NCBI GenBank assembly: GCA_964016885.1
Contig: OZ024740.1
Location: forward strand, 342,798,001 to 342,862,000
Source of the DNA: Eledone cirrhosa
Taxonomy: Eukaryota
Length of the DNA: 64,000 nucleotides
Direction of reading: 5' to 3'
The notes under the pieces were generated by a model. It was not told the origin of the DNA, searched no databases, and saw only the letters and a program-made list of their open reading frames with translations. Within the stretch, counting starts at the first letter, position 1; each line of letters starts with the position of its first letter. Shown here piece after piece: positions 26,826 to 40,608 of the stretch. The translations under genes were made by a program, and so were the position numbers.

Positions 26826-27111
26826 ATATATATATATCTATCTCCATATATACATATATATATATATTTTTTTTTTTCACATTGCTTCAATTTACTCAGC
26901 TGTAGAAATGGGTTGCTATGCCACTGGTGTCAAGTTGTATCAGCCTTATTGCACAACGTCGGGACATGGAGAGAGGAGACAGGTATGCAGAAACAACTGT
27001 TGGTCTTCCAAAAACAACTTTGCCCAGACATGTGCCCCAGGGGACAACTTTCTAGGTGCAAATCCTATGGTTACTTGTGACAGAAGAGGCCTATCTTCTA
27101 CCCTATATATA

Positions 27112-27147
<36 letters not shown>

Positions 27148-27836
27148 TGTGTGTGTGTGTGGTGTGTGTGTGTGTGTGTGTGTCCAACTCATGCCAGCAT
27201 GGAAAATAGACGTAAATTGATGATGATGATATATAATACCTCTAAATGGTTACTTCTAGAAGAAAGATAACTCAATATATATATGTGTGTAGAGTATATA
27301 TATATATATTTTTTTTATTGAAGGAATTAAAGATGTAATTCCTCTTCATAGAATAATCAAACGAAACTAGGTAAAAGAGGTATATATTATCTACATAATG
27401 ATATTATATAACATACATTGGTGGCCTGATGAATACTGAATAAGTTAGAAGATATATTATCTCATATAAATATACCTGTTCAAGTAGGAAACCAAACAGA
27501 AGCCAATATATGTTGAGTAATATCGTTTTTATGTAAATGATAAATGAATATATATATATAGTATGTTTAAGTATGCATACTTTTATGTCCATACTTTAAT
27601 GATTTTTATATAAATTGATTTCATAATTGTCCAAATTATATATTTTTATATATTTCCCTTCTTAAATCTGGACAATTTTAAAGAATCTGAAATATCAAGT
27701 ATTTCAATGTACATTAAAATCAGAGAAAATAATCATTAAAACATAATACAATTTACATTTGTCTTTTTATTTATTTATTTACTTAATTTTTGCATGATAA
27801 AACTATACACCTGACTTAATACAGAAGATCCGACTT

Positions 27837-28215
27837 CCCATGGGTAAAAGCCGAAGCTGAAGCATATAAACAGTATGCCCACACCCCCTCCCACTGTAAA
27901 GTGGTCATGTAGGTGTCACAACAAAAAGCACCCAGCCCACACTGGAAAGTGGTCGTGTAGGTGTCACAACAAAAAGCACCCAGCCCACACTGTAAAGTGG
28001 TCGTGTGGGTGTCACAACAAAAAGCACCCAGCCCACACTGTAAAGTGGTCATGTAGGTGTCACAACAAAAAGCACCCAGCCCACACTGTAAAGTGGTCGT
28101 GTAGGTGTCACAACAAAAAGCACCCAGCCCACACTGTAAAGTGGTCGTGTAGGCATCATGACACTCACTGAAAATGAGATTGGTGTTAGGAAGGGTATCC
28201 AGCTGTAAAAATCAA
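27837..28215 (+). repeat. RTE-B 3' UTR fragment with a 48-bp module amplified about 5.5 times (27892-28160)
   Basis: Unit cactgtaaagtggtcgtgtaggtgtcacaacaaaaagcacccagccca. Confidence 0.92.
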
Positions 28216-28920
28216 AATTTTAAAGAACGTAAAAAAGATTTTCGCAGATTAGATTGTACATAAATACACGCATATAAATATACATATGTATACATCCACA
28301 CATATATTCTTTCTATTATAATAAAAAATGCTAATACTTATTCATATAAAGAAACTTCAAAGTTAGAACTATAAATTTTAAATTCTTCACAGATGAGCTT
28401 AAATAGGTTTTCGTATTTGAAAACGCCTTACTCACTCTCACACTCTCTCTATGTGTATATATATATATATATATGTATAAATACCAATGATGGTTGGAAG
28501 ATCACTGATGAAGGACTAACTTTATTCATATATATATATATACAACTACCAACATTGCTGCTGCTACTATCATGACTACACACCTCTCTCTCTATACAGT
28601 TCATTTTCCAGTCTCCTCAACATGGAAGATGAAAAAAACTTACCTCAACACTTAATTTTAAATCTTTAATTTTTAGTTTTTAATTCTTAAGTCTTTTTAA
28701 TTGTAATACTGAACATTTGATAAGATGAATTTTGCTAATACATGGAAATCTGTAATACTTTATATACATTATAAAACTCATTTTTAAAAGAATTGTCCCT
28801 CTCATTTTTTCAATAATGTCACTTTGACGAATCAAAAAAGGAAAAAAGAAAAATAGTCTCTTAAATATATTTCCCGTGCTATTTCCAATTTCACCTTCTC
28901 TCTTATATATATATATATAT

Positions 28921-29284
28921 CATCATCATCATTTAACGTCCATCTTCCACGCTTGCATGGGTTTGGACGGGAGTTTTCCTACTTGAGGCAAGAGTGGTTG
29001 TCTTGCTCGCATAGGACTGTCTGGCGGGTTTTCTACAGCTGGATGCCCTTCCTAACGCCTACACGGCCACAAACTGTGTGTTTTTTTTGTCGTGACACCT
29101 ACACGATCATTTGTTTCGGCCTGGATGTTGTGGCACCAACATAACTTTACATTGAAAGGGGCGGTGTGGATGGGGGTGGGGGTGGTGGGACGGGGGCGTA
29201 TTTTGTTAGAGATGCCTACTGACTGTAGTAGGTTTTACTTTGTATTTAGGTAAGGCGGGTCTTCTCTATTACTGAGTACCGCCA
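28921..29284 (-). mobile_element. RTE subfamily C 3' end fragment
   Basis: C-type UTR and (CAT)n tail next to (TA)n. Confidence 0.88.
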
Positions 29285-29288
29285 TATA

Positions 29289-30180
<892 letters not shown>

Positions 30181-30521
30181 TGGAGGCACATGGCTTAGTG
30201 GTTAGAGCATTGGCCTTGCAATCGAAAGGTTGTGAGTTCAATTCTCAGACTGGGTGATGTGTTGTTTCCTTGAGCAAGACACTTTATTTCACATTGCTCC
30301 AGTTTACTCAGCTGTAGAAATGAGATGATAGGGACTGGGGTCCATATCATTCCACTGCAAAGTGGTCGTGCAGGTGACATGGCAAAAAAGCACCCAGCAC
30401 TCACTGTAAATGAGGTTGGTGTTAGGAAGGGCATCCAGCTGTAAAAATCAAGCCAAAATCAGTTCCCGTCCCACCCTTGCAAGCAGGGAAAAAGCGAACG
30501 TAAAATGAAATGATGATGATG
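30181..30521 (+). mobile_element. Full-length tRNA/CORE-like SINE with RTE-derived tail
   Basis: A-box TGGCTTAGTGG, B-box GAGTTCAATTC, CORE-like ccttgagcaagacacttt, RTE UTR module, terminal hairpin, (GAT)n. Confidence 0.9.
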
Positions 30522-30689
30522 ATATATATATATATATGATATATATATATATATATATATATGATATATATATTATATATTACATATATATATATATTAT
30601 ATATATATATATATTATATATTATATATATATTATATATTATATATATATATATTATTTATATATATATATATATTATATATATATTAT

Positions 30690-33600
30690 ACGAGTGTCGA
30701 CAAATGCCCAAAACTCCGAGTTGGTACCATCAATGTAGGCTCAATGAAAGGAAGAGCAGGAGAAATCGTAGAAATGCTAGAGCGAAAGGAAATTGATGTA
30801 TGCTGTGTGCAAGAGACTAGATGGAGAGGAGAGTCTGCCAGAGTCCTGGTAGGAAAAAGTCGGTGCTACAAATTTTTCTGGGTGGGAAATGGCGATGGGA
30901 TGGGTAGTGTAGGTATACTAGCTGACAAATGGGTAGATAAAGTAATCTCAGTGTACAGGGTAAATGTAAGAATCATTAAACTCAGACTAGTCCTGAATAA
31001 AACAAATACCACGATAATATCAGCTTACGCACCCCAATCGGGGCTGCCAGACGAACTTAAGGATAGGTTTTACGAGTCCCTAATGCACACTACTGCTCTA
31101 ACAGACGACAATGACTTCCTTATCATCGCAAGAGATTTTAACAGACACGTAGGTAAACACTGCGACGGCTTCAATAGAGTACATGGAGGCCATGGGGTTG
31201 GCACAAGGAATGAGGAAGGATTCAAACTTCTAGAATTCTGCGACGCCAATGACATGTCGATATGTAACACAAACTTTAAAAAACCCGACAACCACCTGAT
31301 CACCTATAGATCAGGGGAGCACTCTAGTCAGTTAGATTTTATCCTCATCAGAGGACGTGACAGNNNNNNNNNNNNNNNNNNNNNNNNNNNNNNNNNNNNN
31401 NNNNNNNNNNNNNNNNNNNNNNNNNNNNNNNNNNNNNNNNNNNNNNNNNNNNNNNNNNNNNNNNNNNNNNNNNNNNNNNNNNNNNNNNNNNNNNNNNNNN
31501 NNNNNNNNNNNNNNNNNNNNNNNNNNNNNNNNNNNNNNNNNNNNNNNNNNNNNNNNNNNNNNNAACTTCTAGAATTCTGCGACGCCAATGACATGTCGAT
31601 ATGTAACACAAACTTTAAAAAACCCGACAACCACCTGATCACCTATAGATCAGGGGAGCACTCTAGTCAGTTAGATTTTATCCTCATCAGAGGACGTGAC
31701 AGATGGACGGTTGTAAACACAAAAGCCTTCCCTAGTGAGGAATGTACATCCCAACATAGCTTAGTTGTCAGCGACCTCACGGTCAGAACTAGACGAACCC
31801 GGAAACAGAGGCCAACCTGGAGAAGAAAGATCTGGAAGCTGAAAGTCCCCTCAACCAGTAACAGATTTAAAGATATTTTACTCAACGCCTATGACAGTAA
31901 AGAAGAACAGATACAGACATTTAATGTAGAAGAGAACTGGGAGTTCCTAAAAAATAATTTACTAGAGGCGATGGATGAGGTCTGTGGCTGGAGTAAGACC
32001 TCAAGCAGGAGGAGAGTGACTTGGTGGTGGAACAATAAGGTAGATGAAGCAGTTAAGGCCAAGAGACAGGCATGGAAAGAATGGAAGAACGGGGAGAGCA
32101 GGGTACATTACATAGAGACCAAGAGGGAAGCTAGGCGACAAGTATACTTAGCTAGGAGGGAAGCAGAGGATAGAAAATTCAAGCATGTTTTGCAACGTGA
32201 GGACCAGAAACAGGAGGTGTTCAAGATTGTGAGGCAGTGTGTCAGAGATAGTTGTGATGTCATTGGAGAGAAGTGTATCCGGAATGATAAAGGTGAGCTT
32301 GCCCTCACAAGTGCTGAGAAGAAAGATGCATGGAAGAGACATTATGATAGATTACTAAATGAGGAGAATGCATGGGAAGAAGAGACCCTACCCCAAGTAG
32401 ACCCTATAGAGGGGCCAGCAGTACAAGTCAGCAGCAACGTAGTAAGTAAGGCAATCAAAGATATGAAGATGGGGAAGGCAACCGGTCCATCGGGTATAGC
32501 TGCCGAGATGCTGAAGGCATCTGGGTCTGTAGGTCACACTATAACCACATGTATTGTTAACCAAGTAATACTAGAAGGTGTCATACCAAAAGATTGGTGC
32601 AGTAGCATCATTGTCAACTGCTACAAAGGTAAAGGCGATGCACTAGATAGAGGAAACTATAGAGGTATAAAGTTCATGGACAAGGTCATGAAAGTAACAG
32701 AAAGAGTTATAGCACAGCTGATTAGGGACCGGGTGAATATAGACGAGATGCAATTTGGGTTTGTACCAGGAAGAGGCACCACTGATGCCCTCTTCCTTGT
32801 GAGGCAGTTACAGGAAAAGTACCTAGCTAAAAGTAAGCCACTCTACTTGGCATTTGTCGACCTTGAGAAACCTTTGACAGAGTTCCACGTGCTGTAATCT
32901 GGTGGGCTCTTAGAAAAATACGAGTAGATGAATGGCTTGTGAAAGCGGTACAAGCCATGTATAGGGGAGCAGTCAGCAAAGTTAGGATTAGCAATGAGTA
33001 TAGCGAGGAATTTAGCGTACAGGTTGGGGTCCACCAGGGCTCTGTTCTTAGCCCCCTCCTGTTCATCATAGTCCTGCAGGAAATAACGGAGGAATTTAAG
33101 ACCGGATGCCCATGGGAACTCCTGTATGCTGATGACCTCGCACTCATAGCTGAATCTATGGTAGAACTAGAGAAGAAATTCCAAACTTGGAAGCAGGGAC
33201 TAGAAAGAAAGGGTCTCAAAGTCAACATGACAAAGACTAAGGTCCTTGTAAGTAGACGAGAAAACAGAACCCAGATGCCCTCAGGGAAATGGCCTTGCTC
33301 AGTATGTAGGAAAGGTGTAGGTAGGAACTCCCTTCTCTGCCCCAAATGCAAACATGGGTACACAGAGATGTAGCGGGATCTCAGGAAGCTTAATTAAGAA
33401 TGTAAGCTTCACATGCAGCAGCTGTGCTAGGACAGCAAGCAGCAAACAGCCACAGAAAACAAGTACCACCAATCTCTGGGAGGGCTCTGTAGAAACAGTA
33501 GACAGCTTCTGCTACCTAGGTGACCGAATTAGCAGCGGAGGTGGGTGTTCAGAAAGTACAATAACTAGGGTAAGAACGGGATGGAAGCAGTTTCGGGAAC

Positions 33601-34380
33601 TACTACCACTGCTAGCTGCAAAAAGCTTCTCCCTCAAAATGAAAGGCAGACTGTATGATGCATGTATCCGAACGGCGATGTTGCATGGTTGTGAAACCTG
33701 GGCGCTGAAGGTGGAAGACTTACGTAGATTAGAGAGAAACGAAGCCTGCATGCTCCGATGGATGTGTAACAGTAATATACATGAACGACAAAGCATAAAT
33801 GAATTGAGAGAGAGACTGAGCATAAGAGGAATCAAATGCTGTGTGCAGGAGAGGCGGTTGCGCTGGTATGGACATGTGATGCATATGAAGGATGACAGCT
33901 GCATAAAAAGGTGCAGAGCACTAGAAGTCGATGGAAACCGCGGAGTGGGCAGACCCAAGATGACCTGGGATGAGGTGATAAAAGCCGACCTTACCCAATT
34001 ACACCTCTCAAAGCCAATGACACACGACCGTGACCTCTGGCGTCACGCAGTAATACAGAGTACCCGACCTTATATGGTACAAGCTGAAGCATATAGACAA
34101 TATGCCCCCACACCCCCACCGCAAGGTGGTCGTGGAGGTGCCACGGCAAAAAAGCACCCAGCCCACACTGTAAAGTGGACGTGTAGGCGCCACGAAAAAG
34201 CACCCAGCACTCACTGTAAATGAGGTTGGTGTTAGGAAGGGCATCCAGCTGTAGAAATCAAGCCAAATCAGTTCCTGTATGAGCAAGGCATGGTCAGCCG
34301 ACCAGACACTGCCCACAACAGGACAACCCGTCTAACCCATGCTAGCATGGAAGAACGGACGTGTGATGATGATGATGATG
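30690..34380 (+). mobile_element. Near full-length PHD-RTE LINE subfamily B (frameshifted; contains assembly gap)
   Basis: APE start RVGTINVGS, CVQETRW, RT YADD, PHD, 3' UTR, (GAT)n; (TA)n on both sides. Confidence 0.95.
31364..31563. other. Assembly gap (200 N)
   Basis: N run. Confidence 0.99.
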
Positions 34381-34633
34381 ATATATATTATATATATATA
34401 TATTATATATTATATTATATATATATTATATATATATATATATTATATATATATTATATATATATATTATATATATATATATATTATATAATATATATTA
34501 TATATATATATATTATATAATATATATTATATAATATATATTATATATATTATATAATATATATTACATATATATATATTACATATATATTATATATATA
34601 TATTACATATATATATATATTATATATATATAT

Positions 34634-34665
<32 letters not shown>

Positions 34666-34673
34666 ATATATAT

Positions 34674-34705
<32 letters not shown>

Positions 34706-34933
34706 ATTACATATATATATATATTATATATATATATATTACATATATATATATTATATATATATATTATATATATATATTATATATATATATTATATAT
34801 ATATATTATATATATATTATATATATATTATATATATATATTATATATATATATATTATATATATATATATATAGATATATATATATATTATATATATAT
34901 TATATATATATTATATATATATATATTACATAT
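34381..34933. repeat. Interrupted (TA)n array between two tail-to-tail RTE copies
   Basis: Seen directly. Confidence 0.98.
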
Positions 34934-36126
34934 CATCATCATCATCATCAACGTTTAACGTCCGTGTTCCACGCTTGCATGGGTTTGGACGGGGGTAGTC
35001 CCACTTGAGGCAAGAGTGATTGTCTTGCTCGTATAGGACTGTCTGGCAGGTTTTCTACAGTTGGATGCCCTTCCTAACACCAACCACATTTACAGTGTGG
35101 GTCTGGGAGGTTTTTACCGTGTTGCCTACACGGCCACATTACAGCGTGGACTGTGTGTTTTTTTGTCGTGACACCTACACGATCTCATTTGTTTCGGCCT
35201 GGATGGCGCAACACCAACATAACTTTACAGAGAACGGGGTGGTGTGGATGGGGTGGGGGTGGTGGGGTGGGACGGGGTGTATTTTGTTAGAGATGCCTAC
35301 TGGCTGGAGTAGGTTTTACTATATATTTAGGTAAGGCGGGTCTTCTCTGTTACTGAGTACCGCCAAAGGTCTCGGTCCAGTGACATTGTCTTGGAGAGGT
35401 GTAAGTGTGTGAGGTCGGAGTTTATCAGCTCGTCCCAGGTTTTTCTAGGTCTGCCTATTCCGTGGCTACCGTCTATCTTTATTGCCCTGCACTTTGTTAT
35501 ACAGCTATTGACTTTCATGCGCATCACGTGTCCATACCAACGTAGCCTTCTCTCGAGTAAACAACATCTGATCCCTCTTATCTCTAATTTTTTCCTTAGT
35601 TCGTTTATGCTTTGCCGTTCACGTATATTACTGTTACACATCCAGTGGAGCATGCAAGCTTCGTTCCTCTCTAGTCTGCGTATATCCTCTGCACACAATG
35701 CCCAGGTCTCACTGCCATGCAACATTGTTGTTCGTATACAGGCATCGTACAACCTGCCTTTCATTTTTAGGGAGAACCCTTTAGCAGCTAATAGTGGTAT
35801 AAGCTCTCTGTACTTTTTCCAACCAGTTCTGACTCTAGCTACTGTACTTTCAGAGCACCCTCCCCCACTGCTGATTTTATCGCCCAGGTAACGGAAGCTG
35901 TCCACTATTTCTATAGAACCCTCTGCGCAATTGAAAGAGCTAGTATTTTTGGGCACTTGCTGCTACTTATTGCACCAGAACACCGGCCACATGTAAAATC
36001 TATGTTCTTAGTTAGCTTACCTGTGATCCCACTACATCTTTTATGCACCCATACTTTGCATTTAGGACATAAAATGGAGTTTCTACCTACGCCTTTCCTA
36101 CACACCGAGCACGACCATTTCCCAAT
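34934..36126 (-). mobile_element. 5'-truncated PHD-RTE subfamily C starting at the PHD finger
   Basis: ORFs 35911-36105 and 35327-35956; (CAT)n tail; (TA)n flanks. Confidence 0.93.
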
Positions 36127-36281
36127 ATATATGTATATATTATATATATATATATTATATATATATATATATATATTATATATATTATATATATATATAT
36201 TATATATATATATATTATATATAAATATATTATATATATATATATATTATATATATATATTATATATATATATTATATATA

Positions 36282-37290
<1,009 letters not shown>

Positions 37291-37297
37291 AAATCAA

Positions 37298-37440
37298 TGA
37301 TTTATTATTTTAAATCGAGATAGGCAAACTGTATTATTATAATTAATATTTTTCAATCTAGCTAACTTAGTCATTTACAATACAAACATGGATATGTTGG
37401 TATTTGTGTTTATCAAATATATTAATTTATATTAACTTGT
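37298..37440 (+). repeat. Diverged fragment homologous to the 60153-60888 repeat unit
   Basis: tgatttattattttaaatcga..caaactgta..tataat..ttcaatct..ggat.tgttggtat.tgtgtttatca..atattaatttata aligns by eye. Confidence 0.8.
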
Positions 37441-37451
37441 ATATATATATA

Positions 37452-40153
37452 CAAGCGTAAACACAAAAGCCTCGTAAACACAAAAGCCTTCCCTCGTGAG
37501 GAATGTACATCCCAACATAGCTTAGTTGTCAGCGACCTCACGGTCAGAACCAGACGAGCCCTGAAACAGAGGCCAACCTGGAGAAGAAAGATCTGGAAGC
37601 TGAAAGTCCCCTCAACCAGTAACAGATTTAAAGATATTTTACTCAACGCCTACGACAGTAAAGAAGAACAGATAGAGACATTTAACGTAGAAGAGAACTG
37701 GGAGTTCCTAAAAAATAACTTACTAGAGGCGACGGATGAGGTTTGTGGCTGGAGTAAGACCTCAAGCAGGAGGAGAGTGACTTGGTGGTGGAACAATAAG
37801 GTAGATGAAGCAGTCAAGGCCAAGAGACAGGCATGGAAAGAATGGAAGAACGGGGGGAGCAGGGTACATTACATAGAGACCAAGAGGGAAGCTAGGCGAC
37901 AAGTATACTTAGCTAGGAGGGAAGCAGAGGATAGAAAATTCAAGCATGTTTTACAACGTGAGGACAAGAAACAGGAGGTATTCAAGATTGCGAGGCAGTG
38001 TGTCAGAGATAGTTGTGATGTCATTGGAGAGAAGTGTATCCGGAATGATAAAGGTGAGCTTGCCCTCACAAGTGCTGAGAAGAAAGATGCATGGAAGAGT
38101 CATTATGATAGATTACTAAATGAGGAGAATGCATGGGAAGAAGAGACCCTACCCCACGTAGACCCTATAGAGGGACCAGCAGTACAAGTCAGCGGCAGCG
38201 TAGTAAGTAAGGCAATCAGAGATATGAAGATAGGGAAGGCAACCGGTCCATCGGGTATAGCTGCCGAGATGCTGAAGGCATCTGGGTCTGTAGGTCACAC
38301 TATAACCACACGTATCGTTAACCAGGTAATACTAGAGGGGGCCATACCAAAAGATTGGTGCAGTAGCATCATTGTCAACTGCTACAAAGGTAAAGGCGAT
38401 GCACTAGATAGAGGAAACTATAGAGGTATAAAGTTGATGGACCAGGTCATGAAAGTAACAGAAAGAGTTATAGCACAGCTGATTAGGGACCGGGTGAATA
38501 TAGACGAGATGCAATTTGGGTTTGTACCAGGGAAAGGCACCACTGATGCGCTCTTCCTTGTGAGGCAATTACAGGAAAAGTACCTAGCTAAAAGTAAGCC
38601 ACTCTACTTGGCATTTGTCGACCTTGAGAAAGCCTTTGACAGAGTTCTACGTGCAGTAATCTGGTGGGCTCTTAGAAAACTAGGAGTAGATGAATGGCTT
38701 GTGAAAGCGGTACAAGCCATGTATAGGGGAGCAGTCAGCAAAGTTAGGATTGGCAATGAGTATAGCGAGGAATTTAGCGTACAGGTTGGGGTCCACCAGG
38801 GCTCTGTTCTTAGCCCTCTCCTGTTCATCATAGTCCTGCAGGCAATAACGGAGGAGTTTAAGACCGGATGCCCATGGGAACTCCTGTATGCTGATGACCT
38901 CGCACTCATAGCTGAATCTATGGTAGAACTAGAGAATAAATTCCAAACCTGGAAGCAGGGACTAGAGAGAAAGGGCCTCAAAGTCAACATGACAAAGACT
39001 AAGGTCCTTATAAGTAGACGAGAAAACAGAACCCAGATCCCCTCAGGGAAATGGCCTTGCTCAGTATGTAGGAAAGGTGTAGGTAGGAACTCCATTCTTT
39101 GCCCAAATGCAAACAATGGGTACACAAGAGATGTAGCGGGATCTCAGGAAGCTTAATTAAGAATGTAGGATTCACATGCAGCAGCTGTGCTGAAACAGCA
39201 AGCAAACAGCCACAGGAAACAAGTACCACCAATCTCTGGGAGGGCCCTGTAGAAACAGTAGACAGCTTCTGCTACCTAGGTGACCGAATTAGCAACGGAG
39301 GTGGGTGCTCAGAAAGTACAATAACTAGGGTAAGAACGGGATGGAAGAAGTTTAGGGAACTACTACCACTGCTAGCTGCAAAAGGCTTCTCCCTCAGAAT
39401 GAAAGGCAGACTGTATGATGCATGTATCCGAACAGCGATGTTGCATGGTAGTGAGACCTGGGCGCTGAAGGTGGAAGACTTACGTAGATTAGAGAGAAAC
39501 GAAGCCTGCATGCTCCGATGGATGTGTAACAGTAATATACGTGAACGACAAAGCATAAATGAATTGAGAGAGAGACTGAGCATAAGAGGAATCAAATGCT
39601 GCGTGCAGGAGAGGCGGTTACGCTGGTATGGACATGTGATGCGTATGAAGGATGACAGCTGCATAAAAAGGTGCAGAGCACTAGAAGTTGATGGAAACCG
39701 CGGAGTGGGGAGACCCAAGATGACTTGGGATGAGGTGATAAAAGCCGACCTTACCCAACTACACCTCTCAAAGTCAATGACACACGACCGTGACTTCTGG
39801 CGTCACGCAGTAATACAGGGTACCCGACCTCCCATGGGTACATGCTGAAGCATATAAACAATATGCCCCCCCCCCCCCCCACCGCAAGGTGGTCGTGGAG
39901 GTGCCACGGCAAAAAAGCACCCAGCCCACACTGTAAAGTGGACGTGTAGGCGCCACGAAAAAGCACCCAGCACTCACTGTAAATGAGGTTGGTGTTAGGA
40001 AGGGCATCCAGCTGTAGAAATCAAGCCAGATCAGTTCCTGTATGAGCAAGACATGGTCAGCCGACCAGACACTGCCCACAACAGGACAACCCGTCTAACC
40101 CATGCTAGCGTGGAAGAACGGACGTAAAACGGTGATGATGATGATGATGATGA
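37452..40153 (+). mobile_element. 5'-truncated PHD-RTE subfamily B with one frameshift in the PHD
   Basis: ORFs 37777-39156 and 39099-39848; UTR; (GAT)n then (TA)n. Confidence 0.95.
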
Positions 40154-40341
40154 TATATATATATATATATATCAACACATATATTTTTTATTGTGATCTG
40201 TTTAACCATCATCTCAGTGTGTTTGGCCCTTAACGTATGTTGAAGCTCTGATTCACATGAATCATCGAGCGCTTGCGACACATATCGGACATTGATTTTG
40301 TTAATTCCTGAGCTGAAATACGATTCTCGCTAATTTATATT

Positions 40342-40377
<36 letters not shown>

Positions 40378-40414
40378 ATTATATATATATATATATTATA
40401 TATATATTATATAC

Positions 40415-40517
<103 letters not shown>

Positions 40518-40529
40518 ATATTATATATA

Positions 40530-40603
<74 letters not shown>

Positions 40604-40608
40604 ATATT

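Noticed and set aside
27875-28171. CRISPR-like array or Cys/His repeat protein
   Set aside because: Units are contiguous with no unique spacers, derive from the RTE-B UTR, and the context is eukaryotic with no cas genes.
28500-28530. CTGATGA hammerhead start
   Set aside because: No matching stem II, GAAA or cleavage site follows before the TA tract.
30181-30255. tRNA gene
   Set aside because: Has A/B boxes but no proper cloverleaf and continues into a SINE body and tail.
34200-34270. Known ribozyme (twister, pistol, HDV) in the RTE UTR module
   Set aside because: Could not fit the conserved catalytic cores by eye; kept only as a pseudoknot hypothesis.
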